Position numbers and translations under genes: made by a program. Below are positions 1-9,826 of a DNA stretch of 64,000 nucleotides, piece by piece. The notes under the pieces are model-generated. The model was not told the DNA's origin, searched no databases, and saw only the letters and a list, made by a program, of their open reading frames with translations. This DNA is from Parcubacteria group bacterium CG08_land_8_20_14_0_20_48_21 (GTDB lineage: Bacteria > Patescibacteriota > Patescibacteriia > UBA1544). The stretch lies in assembly GCA_002774425.1 (NCBI GenBank), contig PEYJ01000011.1, positions 35,915 to 99,914 of the forward strand, given 5' to 3'. The first letter of the stretch is position 1. Every line of letters begins with the position of its first letter.

Positions 1-1052
1 GTCCCTTTGGCAAAACGCTTGTCTTCAAAAAATCCCATGGGACCGTTCCACACGATTGTTCGCGCTTGTGCCAATATCATTCCGTAAAATATGACTGTTT
101 CCGGACCTAGGTCAAGGATAACTTCATCTTTTTGCACGTTGCCTACCGCACAAGACCGCAAGCGATGGTACGCACTATTCTTCTTCGCAACGATAACGTC
201 CAGCGGCAGGTGTAATTGTTGACCGGAGAATTTTCGGGCGCGCAGCTTTCGCGCCATATCCGGCTCGGTGATTGATTGACCAATCGCCACCCCTCGCGCC
301 TGCAACATTGTATTGGCAAGCGCGCCACCAAGCAGCACGTCGTCCGCTTGCGTCAATATGTGTTTAAGCAGACTGAGTTTTGTTGAGATTTTTACCCCAC
401 CTACAACCACAACGTAGGGTTTGCGGGGACATGTCAGATACTTTTGTAAGTTCCGTAATTCCCGCTCTAGCCCATAGCCTGCAACCGCATGCGTTGCGCG
501 AGGAATGCGCACGGTACTCGCCTCAACGCGGTGGCATACGCTGAATGCATCCTGCACATAGACATCACACCATTGTGCTACGGTTTGCGCGAATGATGCA
601 TCATTTGCCTCTTCCTCCGGTATGAAGCGGATATTCTCCAATACGCCGACCGATCCTGGCGCAAGGCTATCCAGAAATATCTCGGTATGCGAAGTCATGC
701 GGCCTTTTTTATACCACACTCCCTCGTGCATAATCACCGGAGTATTCGGCAATAGGCGACGGATAATCGGCAGCAGGGGTTGGAGCGATAAAGCGGCACG
801 TGCCCTGCCGTGCGGTCTGCCTCGATGCCCTAAAAGTACGACACGCGCTTTTTTACGAATGAGCCAGCGCAAGGTCGCCACATTCTGCTCTAAACGGAAT
901 TTCGTATCTGCCGCAATGCGGCCGTGTATGACGGGAATATCCATGTTCGCGCGTACCCAGACGCGTTTGCCCCGTATATGCTTACAGTCCGTCAATTTTT
1001 GAAGGTTTGTGGGGTTTGTTTGTGTGTGGTGTGACAAGATTGAGCGCGGCAT
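1..1052 (-). CDS. pgk: phosphoglycerate kinase; C-terminus runs off window start
   Basis: Minus-strand translation gives ...LTDCKHIRGKRVWVRANMDIPV...LLGHRGRP... and the C-terminal ...TIVWNGPMGFFEDKRFAKG, classic PGK motifs. No stop before position 1. ATG at 1052; an in-frame TTG at 995 would give a more typical N-terminal length. Confidence 0.85.
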   Translation of the reverse strand, partial: MPRSILSHHTQTNPTNLQKLTDCKHIRGKRVWVRANMDIPVIHGRIAADTKFRLEQNVATLRWLIRKKARVVLLGHRGRPHGRARAALSLQPLLPIIRRLLPNTPVIMHEGVWYKKGRMTSHTEIFLDSLAPGSVGVLENIRFIPEEEANDASFAQTVAQWCDVYVQDAFSVCHRVEASTVRIPRATHAVAGYGLERELRNLQKYLTCPRKPYVVVVGGVKISTKLSLLKHILTQADDVLLGGALANTMLQARGVAIGQSITEPDMARKLRARKFSGQQLHLPLDVIVAKKNSAYHRLRSCAVGNVQKDEVILDLGPETVIFYGMILAQARTIVWNGPMGFFEDKRFAKG

Positions 1053-1219
1053 AGGATAGATGCGCAGGATTTTCCTGCATGCAATTACCTTGTCTTTATG
1101 GGTGAGTATATCACAAACGCGAGTCTTTTCCCATACATACCAATATTGTCATGCTGGCAAACAGAAAACAACCTCCATTTGTCGGCGGAGGAAAGTGAAA
1201 AACGACACCAGCCCTTCCT

Positions 1220-1957
1220 TTAGGTCCGTACTTTTACCACTTTGATCTTTACCTCGAGCACTTCATCCTGCGTAAAAACAGGTCCGACTTCAATGTTCAT
1301 TTTTTGGTAGAGAGTCTGCGGAATACCGATATCGGCAACAAATAACTCACCCATGACCTGTTTGGATTCAGGTTTTGCAAGTCCCGCTTTTGGAAGTCCG
1401 AGCGCAACCGTTGCTTTCGCAACTACACAGGGCGCATAGATAACTCCGGTCGTACTGTCTAATCCTGAAGGCAAATCAATGGAGATAATCTTTTTTGCAG
1501 ACCGATTTATGTGATCAATAATGTGCGCCACAGTTCCACGGGGATTGCCTTCCATGCCATATCCGAGCAGCGCATCCACAATGCAATCGGCATCCCGCGT
1601 TTCAATAGCAACTTCATCCGTTACTATCAACGGAAGCACGCCGGCTTTTTCCAATGCATACCAGTGCTGCTGCGACTCCGGGCCAAGTTCCTCCTTCGGG
1701 GAAGTTATGTATACCGAAACTTTAGCTCCCCAATTCACCAGGTTCCGCGCCACAACCAGACCAACACTTCCGTTATGTCCCTTGCCTGCGCAAATTACAA
1801 CTTTTTTATCGCGCGCGACGCCGCTCATGTAGTCGCGTGTTACCTTTGCCACATGCAACCCGGCTATCGTGGATGTCTGCAGAAGCGATACGCCGAACTC
1901 CTCCGTCATCAGACGGTCTATTTCGCGCATTTGTTCGGTGGTAACGGTTTGTAACAT
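1220..1957 (-). CDS. NAD(P)H-hydrate epimerase (YjeF N-terminal domain protein)
   Basis: 245 aa. VICAGKGHNGSVGLVVARNL and DALLGYGMEGNPRG match the YjeF-N fold. Confidence 0.7.
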   Translation of the reverse strand: MLQTVTTEQMREIDRLMTEEFGVSLLQTSTIAGLHVAKVTRDYMSGVARDKKVVICAGKGHNGSVGLVVARNLVNWGAKVSVYITSPKEELGPESQQHWYALEKAGVLPLIVTDEVAIETRDADCIVDALLGYGMEGNPRGTVAHIIDHINRSAKKIISIDLPSGLDSTTGVIYAPCVVAKATVALGLPKAGLAKPESKQVMGELFVADIGIPQTLYQKMNIEVGPVFTQDEVLEVKIKVVKVRT

Positions 1958-2095
1958 ACAAAACCTTAAAACTTGAAACTTAAACTATCAATTCCCTTGT
2001 CCTGTAATTCGAATGTACTTTAATGCTCTATGTTATGATGATAGGTGGAGTATACCACATTTTTGCACATTGCTGAAATGTGCTGTGGATAATTT

Positions 2096-3094
2096 TTATT
2101 TTCCGGAGACCATTGCCATTTCTACGAGGCGGTTCGCATAGCCCCATTCGTTGTCATACCAGGCAACGACTTTTACCATATCACCATCAACGACTTTGGT
2201 GAGATTAAGATCTACGATAGATGAATGCGGATTGCCGATAATGTCACTTGATACCACCGGGTCATGGGTTACTTGCAACACGCCTTTATACAAGGGATTT
2301 TTCGCCGCATCGCGCATCGCGATATTTACCTCTTCTACGGTAACCTTTTTTTTAAGAAGAAAGGTGAAATCGGCAAGCGATCCTACCGGAACCGGTACGC
2401 GTACCGACAGGCCGTCAAAAAGCCCTTTGAGCTGCGGTATGACTTTTGTGGTAGCGTGTGCCGCTCCGGTTGTTGTCGGGACAATATTTTGCGCCGCTGC
2501 CCGCGCACGGCGCAAATCCTTGTGGGGTCCATCCACCAAGTTTTGATCGGCGGTATAGGCATGGATGGTGGTCATCATCGCCTTGCGCACTCCGAAGCGG
2601 CTCTGCATGACCGCGGCAACCGGCGTAATGCAGTTCGTCGTGCAAGATGCGTTGGAAATTATTTTTGCGGATTTTTTTATTTTGCCGTCATTCACGCCGC
2701 GTAGATACGTGGCAATGGATTCGGATTTTGCCGGCGCCGAGAGTATGACGCGTTTGGATCCGGCTTGCAAATGTCCTGCGGAGAGTTCTTGTGTTAAAAA
2801 CCTTCCCGTACATTCTAGAACGACATCCACTTGCCGTTCTTTCCAGGGAAGTTCAGCAGGTTCCTTAATCGCCGTAACCGGAAAGTACTCTTTGCCTACA
2901 ACCAGAGCGTCTTTTATCGCGCGAACGGATTTTCCGTACCTTCCATAAACCGTATCAAACTGCAAGAGGTGCGCGAGTGTTACGGTATCGGTCAAATCGT
3001 TGATGGCGGCTACGCGTATATTCTTTTTTTCAAGTGCTATTTTAAACGCGGCGCGCCCAATACGACCAAAACCGTTGATGGCGATGGTAAGCAT
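2096..3094 (-). CDS. gap: glyceraldehyde-3-phosphate dehydrogenase, type I
   Basis: 332 aa. N-terminus INGFGRIGR, active-site SNASCTTNC, C-terminus WYDNEWGY. Confidence 0.95.
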   Translation of the reverse strand: MLTIAINGFGRIGRAAFKIALEKKNIRVAAINDLTDTVTLAHLLQFDTVYGRYGKSVRAIKDALVVGKEYFPVTAIKEPAELPWKERQVDVVLECTGRFLTQELSAGHLQAGSKRVILSAPAKSESIATYLRGVNDGKIKKSAKIISNASCTTNCITPVAAVMQSRFGVRKAMMTTIHAYTADQNLVDGPHKDLRRARAAAQNIVPTTTGAAHATTKVIPQLKGLFDGLSVRVPVPVGSLADFTFLLKKKVTVEEVNIAMRDAAKNPLYKGVLQVTHDPVVSSDIIGNPHSSIVDLNLTKVVDGDMVKVVAWYDNEWGYANRLVEMAMVSGK

Positions 3095-3290
3095 GGAAAA
3101 AGAATTAAAGAGTAAGAAAGATGTGGTAAGTTACGAAAAATTTCCCCGTACTGCTTTTACAGCAACGCTTACTTCGTATTTCTTACCTGGGACTTATTTT
3201 TCACTATAGCACATTTTTTTCCCAAAAACAAAGTGCGCTAGCCAATACTATACGACATCGCATGTCATATAGTAAGGTCAAGATGCATCC

Positions 3291-3322
3291 AAACATCAAA
3301 AATACTCCGGTGAGTGCCAGAG
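3291..3322 (-). terminator. intrinsic terminator downstream of tsf
   Basis: On the minus strand CTCTGG-cactca-CCGGAG (6 bp stem, one G-U) is followed by UAUUUUUG. It lies 25-55 nt after the tsf stop. Confidence 0.5.
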
Positions 3323-3347
3323 TATGTACGTATTTTTTCTTTGATTA

Positions 3348-3935
3348 TTATTTCAATGCAAAGCGCGCGAAGCGACGCACCTCTATTTTCTCCCCTATTC
3401 TCCCAATCGCTTCGGTGATGATTTCCGCAACTGTTTTATCCTCATCTTTGATGAACGGCTGATCCAGTAAACATACTTCGGCGTAAAACTTTTTGAGCTT
3501 ACCGCTCATAATGTTTTCCCGCATCGCCTCGGGCTTACCTTCTTTTGCTAGCTGCTCACGATAAATCTCCTTTTCTTTTTCAAGCACGTCAGCGGGAATT
3601 TCATCCGCCGAGAGATACTGCGGATCAGTTGCCGCCACATGCATGGCAATATCGTAGGCAAGTACCCCGAATTGTTCGTTGCGCGCGACAAAATCGGTTT
3701 CTGCTACGAGCTCTATCATGGCACCAACCTGGCCGTTTGCGTGGATGTAAGCCGCGACACGACCTTCTTTGGTTTCACGATCTGCGCGCTTTGCCGCCAT
3801 TTTCTGTCCCCTCTTGCGCAGCTCTGCAACAGCTTTGTCCATATCGCCGCCTGCGGTTTCCAATGCTTTTTTCGCATCCATCATTGCCGCACCGGTTTTT
3901 TCACGGAGTTTTTTTACGTCTTGAGCGAAAATCAT
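3348..3935 (-). CDS. tsf: elongation factor Ts (short form)
   Basis: 195 aa. N-terminal UBA-like motif KLREKTGAAMMDAKKAL and core VAETDFVARNEQF. Sits immediately downstream of rpsB, the conserved rpsB-tsf order. Confidence 0.9.
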   Translation of the reverse strand: MIFAQDVKKLREKTGAAMMDAKKALETAGGDMDKAVAELRKRGQKMAAKRADRETKEGRVAAYIHANGQVGAMIELVAETDFVARNEQFGVLAYDIAMHVAATDPQYLSADEIPADVLEKEKEIYREQLAKEGKPEAMRENIMSGKLKKFYAEVCLLDQPFIKDEDKTVAEIITEAIGRIGEKIEVRRFARFALK

Positions 3936-3975
3936 AAAATTACGGAAGAGGTTAGGGCTAAGAAATACAAGGTAT

Positions 3976-4746
3976 TTATGCTTCGGTTATTTCTTTTGGA
4001 AACACGGCTTTCTGCGCGGATTTTGATTCTCTTGCTACAGGATTTGCTGCAACCGACTGTTCCTGCAGCTTACGCCCCTCATTTATCGCGTCGGTCAGTG
4101 TCTGCAGAATCAGCTCAACGCTTTTAATCGCATCGTCATTTGCTGGAATGGGATGATCAATCAATGAAGGATTGGTATTGGTATCGCACAGCGAAATAAG
4201 CGGGATATGCTGTTTACGCGCTTCGCGCAAGGCTGTTTTTTCACGCTTCAAGTCAACCAGAATGACTGCATCCGGATCCGTATCAAGATTTGCAACTCCT
4301 GAAAACAGCTTCTCCAACCGTTCAAATTTTTTGGTAAGTATGAGCTGCTCTTTTTTCGTATACTTATCCCAGCTGCCTAATTCCCGTTGCTCTTTCCACA
4401 CCCGGTACTGTTTAATCCGCTGCTTGACGACGGAAAAGTTGGTAAGCAACCCCCCTATCCAACGCTCGGTAATGTACGGCATGCCGCATGACTTGGCAAA
4501 GTTTGCCACCTTTTCCTGTGTCTGCTTTTTGGTGCCGACAAAGAGCAGAGTGCCTTTCTTTTTCGCCATATCGCGCGCAAAATTGGCAGCCTCCTGCAAG
4601 AGCCTTGCGGTTTCCTCAAGATTGATGATGTGCACGCCGGACCGCACCGTAAAAATGTACGGAATCATTTTTGGGTGACGCTTTCCCGTTTGATGCCCAA
4701 AATGCACACCGGCTTTGAGCATTTCAATAATGGATGGTGTCTGCAT
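3976..4746 (-). CDS. rpsB: 30S ribosomal protein S2
   Basis: 256 aa. AGVHFGHQTGKRHPKM, GTKKQ and SLCDTNTNP are typical of S2. Followed by tsf. Confidence 0.95.
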   Translation of the reverse strand: MQTPSIIEMLKAGVHFGHQTGKRHPKMIPYIFTVRSGVHIINLEETARLLQEAANFARDMAKKKGTLLFVGTKKQTQEKVANFAKSCGMPYITERWIGGLLTNFSVVKQRIKQYRVWKEQRELGSWDKYTKKEQLILTKKFERLEKLFSGVANLDTDPDAVILVDLKREKTALREARKQHIPLISLCDTNTNPSLIDHPIPANDDAIKSVELILQTLTDAINEGRKLQEQSVAANPVARESKSAQKAVFPKEITEA

Positions 4747-4952
4747 AAACTCCTTTTCGGCTCGTTGCGATAAACGCCGTTTACCGCCTCCGCCTTACCT
4801 CCATCTCGTTTGGCCGCCGTAACGGCGACTAAGGAGCAGTCTCTATGAGATGTGAGAGATACTAACGTAATAGTGAATACAACGAGTCACAGTGTACCAT
4901 ACTGTTTGCCATCACGCAAGATCCTCCGGTGTACGATTGGGATTACAAGCTC

Positions 4953-4981
4953 TTGCAAAAAAACTTGCGGCGTGGTAGAAT
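4953..4981 (+). promoter_or_regulatory. sigma-70-type promoter for rpmE
   Basis: TTGCAA, a 17 nt spacer, then TAGAAT, about 100 nt upstream of the rpmE ATG. Confidence 0.5.
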
Positions 4982-5085
4982 TTCCCCCGCAATAGGGTAT
5001 GGGGTTCGTGATCGCTGAAACTTCGGAAATTTGTTCCCATCCTTAAAATTACTTAGCGCAAACACGTATATATTTATATCGCTCT

Positions 5086-5466
5086 ATGCAGAAAGACATG
5101 CATCCAACCTACTACCAAAAATCCGTCATTACCTGTGTCTGCGGCGCGCATTTTTCTGTCGGATCAACCGTTGAGGCAATTAATGTGGAAATTTGCAGCG
5201 TGTGTCATCCGTTTTATACCGGCAAGCAAAAACTGGTAGATACCGCGCGCCGTGTTGACAAATTCCAAAAGCGCGTAGCCCTTCAGGAGTCCGTCGGACA
5301 GGGACGTAAGGGCAGGGCGGTAAAGCGTACTGCGCGCACGGCTAAAAAATCAACGCACAAAACGCTCAAGTTGTCTGATCTTGCCGATAAAGATGTTGTT
5401 GAAACTCCGGCAGAGGCACAGATGATAAAAAAGAAAAAGACAACGGTTAAAACTACAAAAAAATAG
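5086..5466 (+). CDS. rpmE: 50S ribosomal protein L31 with a lysine-rich C-terminal extension
   Basis: N-terminal 65 aa have the L31 pattern MHP.Y...C.CG......ST......[12 protein letters not shown]. The C-terminal ~60 aa are Lys/Thr-rich. Confidence 0.85.
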   Translation: MQKDMHPTYYQKSVITCVCGAHFSVGSTVEAINVEICSVCHPFYTGKQKLVDTARRVDKFQKRVALQESVGQGRKGRAVKRTARTAKKSTHKTLKLSDLADKDVVETPAEAQMIKKKKTTVKTTKK

Positions 5467-5510
5467 CCCTCTCAAACGGTGTGGATTTTGTGTTCTGCTC
5501 TTGAGTAAGA

Positions 5511-6632
5511 GTGCGCAATCCCGCCGTTTTTCTTTACTGCTTTTTCTCACGACCGACTACCGGCGAAATAGTAACTTGTTACGCTATACATCCCTTAACA
5601 ACCACCATTCTTGAACGTGTTACGGAACTCGAGCGCCAATTGAGCGACCCGGGTGTGGTTGCGGACACCCGAAAATTTGCGGTGCGGTCAAAAGAGTATC
5701 ACGCACTCATCGAACAAAAATTAGCGGTTGAGCAATACAATAATTTGGAAACAGCGCTTGTGGCGGCGCGAAAAGAATCGGCAGATGATACTAGCGAACT
5801 CGCAATGCTTGCGCAGGAAGAAACAATACGATTGAGCGGCGAGTTGGAGCGGGCGCGCAAAGAGCTCAACGCACTCTTACGTCCCCGCGACCCAAAAGAC
5901 ACAAAAGATAGTATTGTGGAAATTCGGGGGGGATCGGGCGGTGATGAGTCATCGCTTTTTGCCGCGGAGCTTTTTCGCATGTATAGCCGGTTTGCGGAAC
6001 TCAATGGATGGAAAATGACTGTACTCTCTTCTCACCGCACGGAAGTCGGCGGACTCAAAGAACTTATAGCGGAAGTGAAAGGCACGAGGGTATACGGCAC
6101 ACTCAAGTGGGAAAGCGGCGTGCATCGCGTCCAACGTGTTCCGGAAACCGAAAAGAGCGGCCGCGTGCACACGTCAACCGCAACGGTTGCAATACTGCCC
6201 GAAGCGGAAGAAATAGACGTTAAAATTAATCCTAAGGACTTAAAGGTTGATACGTTTTGTTCCAGCGGTGCGGGTGGGCAAAGCGTCAATACCACTTATT
6301 CCGCCGTGCGCATTACGCACCTTCCGACCAACATCGTTATTTCCTGCCAGGATGAGCGTTCGCAGACACAGAACCGAGAACGCGCCATGACCATTTTACG
6401 CGCGCGGCTTTTGGCTTTGGAAGAAGAAAAACAACGCAAAGAAATTGAGGCGGCGCGCAAAGCAACTATTGGCACAGGCGACCGGTCGGAAAAAATCCGC
6501 ACCTATAACTTTCCGCAGGACCGCGTTACCGATCACCGGATTAAGGAAAGCTGGTCCAACATTCCGGCAATCCTTGATGGCGGAATTGCGCCCATACTGG
6601 AAGCATTGGAAAAAGCAGAAGAAAATGCGTAA
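5511..6632 (+). CDS. prfA: peptide chain release factor 1
   Basis: GGQ motif in [12 protein letters not shown]; the RF1-type tripeptide region reads [17 protein letters not shown]; followed by prmC. The first ~33 aa do not align with RF1, so the true start may be downstream or non-canonical. Confidence 0.85.
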   Translation: MRNPAVFLYCFFSRPTTGEIVTCYAIHPLTTTILERVTELERQLSDPGVVADTRKFAVRSKEYHALIEQKLAVEQYNNLETALVAARKESADDTSELAMLAQEETIRLSGELERARKELNALLRPRDPKDTKDSIVEIRGGSGGDESSLFAAELFRMYSRFAELNGWKMTVLSSHRTEVGGLKELIAEVKGTRVYGTLKWESGVHRVQRVPETEKSGRVHTSTATVAILPEAEEIDVKINPKDLKVDTFCSSGAGGQSVNTTYSAVRITHLPTNIVISCQDERSQTQNRERAMTILRARLLALEEEKQRKEIEAARKATIGTGDRSEKIRTYNFPQDRVTDHRIKESWSNIPAILDGGIAPILEALEKAEENA

Positions 6633-6701
6633 AAAATAGAAACTATCGCGGACAGCACGCAGGTAGATGATCAAAGCACCTGCGTATCTCGTATCACGTA
6701 T

Positions 6702-7619
6702 ATGTCCCATTCCATGGTAACCGTTGCTGAATTGCTTAAAAAAGCTACCGAACAATTACACGCGCACCATATTGACACCCCGGATCTTGATGCCGAGGTG
6801 CTTTTGTCTTGGGTACTCAACCGAGACCGCGCGTGGCTTTTCGTGCATGCCGATGCGCGTCTGACCGTTGTGCAAAAGGAAAAATTTTTTCGCGTGATAC
6901 AAAAACGCTCGCGCCGTGTTCCGATTGCCTATATCACCGGTAGCAAACCGTTTTACCGGTCGGACTTTATCGTCAATCAACACGTGCTCATCCCCCGCCC
7001 CGAAACGGAAACGCTGGTGGAAGAAGCGGTGCGTGCTCTAGGGGATAAGCGACATCCTGCTACGGTTGTTGATGTCGGCACTGGCAGCGGCTGTATCATG
7101 GTAAGCGTCGTACAAGAACTTTTGGCAAGAAGTGAAGATATTTCCGGTATGCGATTCTACGCAACCGATATATCTCACAAGGCGTTGCGTATTGCGAAAA
7201 AAAATGCAAAAAAAGAAGGTGTTGCAAAATATATCACTTTTTTACACGGTAATTTGTTGGAACCGTTTCTCATCCTGCAGAACGCCGTCCCTACGAAAAA
7301 ACTGTACATTCTTGCAAATCTTCCGTATCTTTCAGAAGTACAAATGCGCAATCTGCAACAGGAGGTCGCCCATGAACCGCGGGAAGCACTTGATGGCGGG
7401 GTTGAGGGATTGGCATACTACCGAAAACTTTTTGCGCAAATGCAAAACATGCGACGCGTACAGCGCGCGAGTATAATCTATACGCTATGCGAAATAGAGC
7501 CCGTGCAGGCAACGACGCTTACCAGCGAGATATGCAAAAACTTTCCAAGAACAACCGTACGCATGCGTAAGGATTTGCAGGGCAATGATCGCGTACTCCT
7601 AGCTCTCTCAAATCTATGA
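6702..7619 (+). CDS. prmC: release factor glutamine N5-methyltransferase (PrmC/HemK)
   Basis: SAM-binding VVDVGTGSGC and NLPY (a variant of the NPPY catalytic motif). Sits directly after prfA. Confidence 0.85.
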   Translation: MSHSMVTVAELLKKATEQLHAHHIDTPDLDAEVLLSWVLNRDRAWLFVHADARLTVVQKEKFFRVIQKRSRRVPIAYITGSKPFYRSDFIVNQHVLIPRPETETLVEEAVRALGDKRHPATVVDVGTGSGCIMVSVVQELLARSEDISGMRFYATDISHKALRIAKKNAKKEGVAKYITFLHGNLLEPFLILQNAVPTKKLYILANLPYLSEVQMRNLQQEVAHEPREALDGGVEGLAYYRKLFAQMQNMRRVQRASIIYTLCEIEPVQATTLTSEICKNFPRTTVRMRKDLQGNDRVLLALSNL

Positions 7620-9016
7620 TACTGCGAAACATCAAAGCAAGATTGTATCTTTTACTTCCCCCTCTTTCCGGATTGCTGCTGGCAACCACCTTCCCTCCCC
7701 TTGATTGGAATTGGAGTATTTGGATAAGTTTTGTGCCACTCCTCTTCTTTTGGTCAAAAAATATTTCTCTGCAACAGAAACTTGGCGGAGGCTTTGTTAC
7801 CGGATTGCTCTACTACAGTTTTGTCGCGCAGCCATTCTTGGGTGTTGCCAATTGGGCATGGGCTGATTTTGGCACCATTATAGCGGATAACCGCGCGCTC
7901 ATTCTTTTTTGGGTGTGGCTATGTGCCGGTATGGGCAGCGCGATAGGGTTGGGAGCGGTCGCTTACGCTCTCCATAAATTGAAAAACATTCCTCTCTTGC
8001 TGCTTTTCCCTTTTACTTTCGTCGTAAGCGAATGGCTGCGCGCTGCTATTTTTTTTCACTTCACCTGGGGACACATTGGCTACGCGGTACACGATCTTGC
8101 GCGCATACGCCAACTAGCCGGTATTATTGGTGTATACGGTGTGTCATTTTTTATCTGCACAATCAATGTACTTGTGTTGTTACTTATAAAACATATCCTG
8201 CTGAAAAAATATTATTCCGCCGTGGTATATACGTGCGTCATAGCGCTTGTGTACGCGGGTTCGTGGTTTTATGGAGTATACAGGATACAAGAAAACAGCG
8301 CGCCACCGATGAACGCGGTAATCCTGCCCAACGCCGCGGCAAGCGCATTCTCTCCCTTGTCATTCGCGCAAGCACTGGATACGGCGTTAGCAGGCAATCC
8401 TCAACTGGTCATTCTCCCTGAAAATTATTTTGGCGTGCCTTACGACCTAGCCGCAAAAACCTTTGTCCGTCAAATGTTTCTCCTTGCGCCAATGGCGGAA
8501 AATGCCTTCTCTATGCTCCTCAACCAATCATTGCGCCATCCGGATGTATTGTTTATTATGGGCTTGCACACGATTGAAAATGACCAACATTTCAACTCTG
8601 CCGTACTGCTGCAAGATGGCGCTCTGCGGGACACCTACCATAAACATTTTCTCTTTCCACTTGCAGAAAAAATTCCGGGAAGAGCGTTTTTAGAGAACTT
8701 TTGGACGGCAAATGCGTATCGTATTGCCGAAGGAAGCGGAAAACAGGTTGTGCGAAACCGCGAGCATACGATTGGCGTACTCATGTGCTCTGAAGCAATG
8801 TTTCCTCAACTCGCGCAAAACGCAAAAAAACAAGGGTCTGACTTCCTGGTAATTATCGGAAACGATGCTATTGCACAAAATGAGATTGTCCGTGATGAAT
8901 TGCTCGCCATGGCGCAGTTTCGCGCGGTGGAAACAAGGCAATGGATATTTCGCGCGACAACCAATGGTTATGCAACGATAATAAATACGAGTGGAGATAT
9001 TGAAAAAAATAGGTAA
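7616..9016 (+). CDS. lnt: apolipoprotein N-acyltransferase
   Basis: 466 aa. The N-terminal half is polytopic membrane. The C-terminal CN-hydrolase domain has LVILPENYF (Glu) and GVLMCSEAMFP (Cys). Its start overlaps the prmC stop as ATGA. Confidence 0.7.
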   Translation: MILRNIKARLYLLLPPLSGLLLATTFPPLDWNWSIWISFVPLLFFWSKNISLQQKLGGGFVTGLLYYSFVAQPFLGVANWAWADFGTIIADNRALILFWVWLCAGMGSAIGLGAVAYALHKLKNIPLLLLFPFTFVVSEWLRAAIFFHFTWGHIGYAVHDLARIRQLAGIIGVYGVSFFICTINVLVLLLIKHILLKKYYSAVVYTCVIALVYAGSWFYGVYRIQENSAPPMNAVILPNAAASAFSPLSFAQALDTALAGNPQLVILPENYFGVPYDLAAKTFVRQMFLLAPMAENAFSMLLNQSLRHPDVLFIMGLHTIENDQHFNSAVLLQDGALRDTYHKHFLFPLAEKIPGRAFLENFWTANAYRIAEGSGKQVVRNREHTIGVLMCSEAMFPQLAQNAKKQGSDFLVIIGNDAIAQNEIVRDELLAMAQFRAVETRQWIFRATTNGYATIINTSGDIEKNR

Positions 9017-9044
9017 CAAAAACTACAAACACATCTTATGCAAC

Positions 9045-9668
9045 TTACCAACAATGATTTACGCCAAACATGTCTGCTCCAAATTTTGTAGCATCAAAAC
9101 ACACATTCCACCACGATCCAACCGTCCCGTCTGAAAGACGTATATACCTGTCACTTGGACCAAGAGCGGTATTAGTTTTCAGCATAAATAAAATCGCGTA
9201 TTCTCCTGCGGGAAAATCGTCTTTATATAATCCATCAACCGCTGTATATCTTATGCGGCTGAATTCATCCTCGCCACCCTTTAATGTATCTACCATTGTT
9301 CCAGGATTGGGGAGGTTTGGCATATATGGCAACAACGCATTACGCAAAGTGTCGTTGGTAGCGTTTCCTTTCACTTCTGCGTATCCAAGTGTTGCCTCAC
9401 CTGAAGCAGGATAAATTCCATACTCGTCATAATAGAAATCTAGAGCTTTCGCGAGTGAATCAACATCCGCTAAAATTGTCGCGTCACGCGCTTTGGCGCG
9501 CGCGGTATTGAGCGCGGCAATTCCGGCAGTTGCGATAAAACTTATCACCGAAATGACGGTGAGAAGTTCAATGAGCGTAAAACCCCGCTTGTTGCGCAAA
9601 ACAACACCAAGATATTTTTTCGTGCGGGGATGTTGTTGCAGTAATGTTGATTTTTTGTTGCGCTGCAT
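9045..9668 (-). CDS. type IV pilin / pseudopilin (prepilin-type N-terminal cleavage/methylation domain)
   Basis: ...RNKRG|FTLIELLTVISVISFIA is a class III signal. Start set at ATG MQRNKK (9668); the ORF track extends to 9746. No Shine-Dalgarno (SD) sequence. A TATACT -10 lies 7 nt upstream of the ATG, suggesting a leaderless mRNA. Confidence 0.7.
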   Translation of the reverse strand: MQRNKKSTLLQQHPRTKKYLGVVLRNKRGFTLIELLTVISVISFIATAGIAALNTARAKARDATILADVDSLAKALDFYYDEYGIYPASGEATLGYAEVKGNATNDTLRNALLPYMPNLPNPGTMVDTLKGGEDEFSRIRYTAVDGLYKDDFPAGEYAILFMLKTNTALGPSDRYIRLSDGTVGSWWNVCFDATKFGADMFGVNHCW

Positions 9669-9826
9669 GGAGAAAGTATAGCACAAAAAGAGCGTGGGGA
9701 ATATGAGATGTGGATATACGGAAAATGAGGCTGCGGATTCCCTCATGCGCGGGCATGGCCGCTATTTTTTGTCTACACCAAACGCTCTGCGGCAAAGACC
9801 TCGGGTAAAGCGCACTCTTTTCTATA

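Noticed and set aside
622-1002. 126 aa plus-strand ORF
   Set aside because: Lies antisense to the clearly conserved pgk reading frame. It has no motifs and an arginine/serine-rich shadow-frame composition.
1511-1954. Plus-strand ORFs of 147 and 103 aa
   Set aside because: Shadow ORFs opposite the YjeF-N epimerase gene; not independently supported.
4747-5085. Possible RNase P RNA or tmRNA in the 340 bp rpsB-rpmE spacer
   Set aside because: Too short, and it lacks conserved P4 and tRNA-like motifs. It is explained as the rpsB 5' UTR (minus strand) plus the rpmE promoter and 5' UTR (plus strand).
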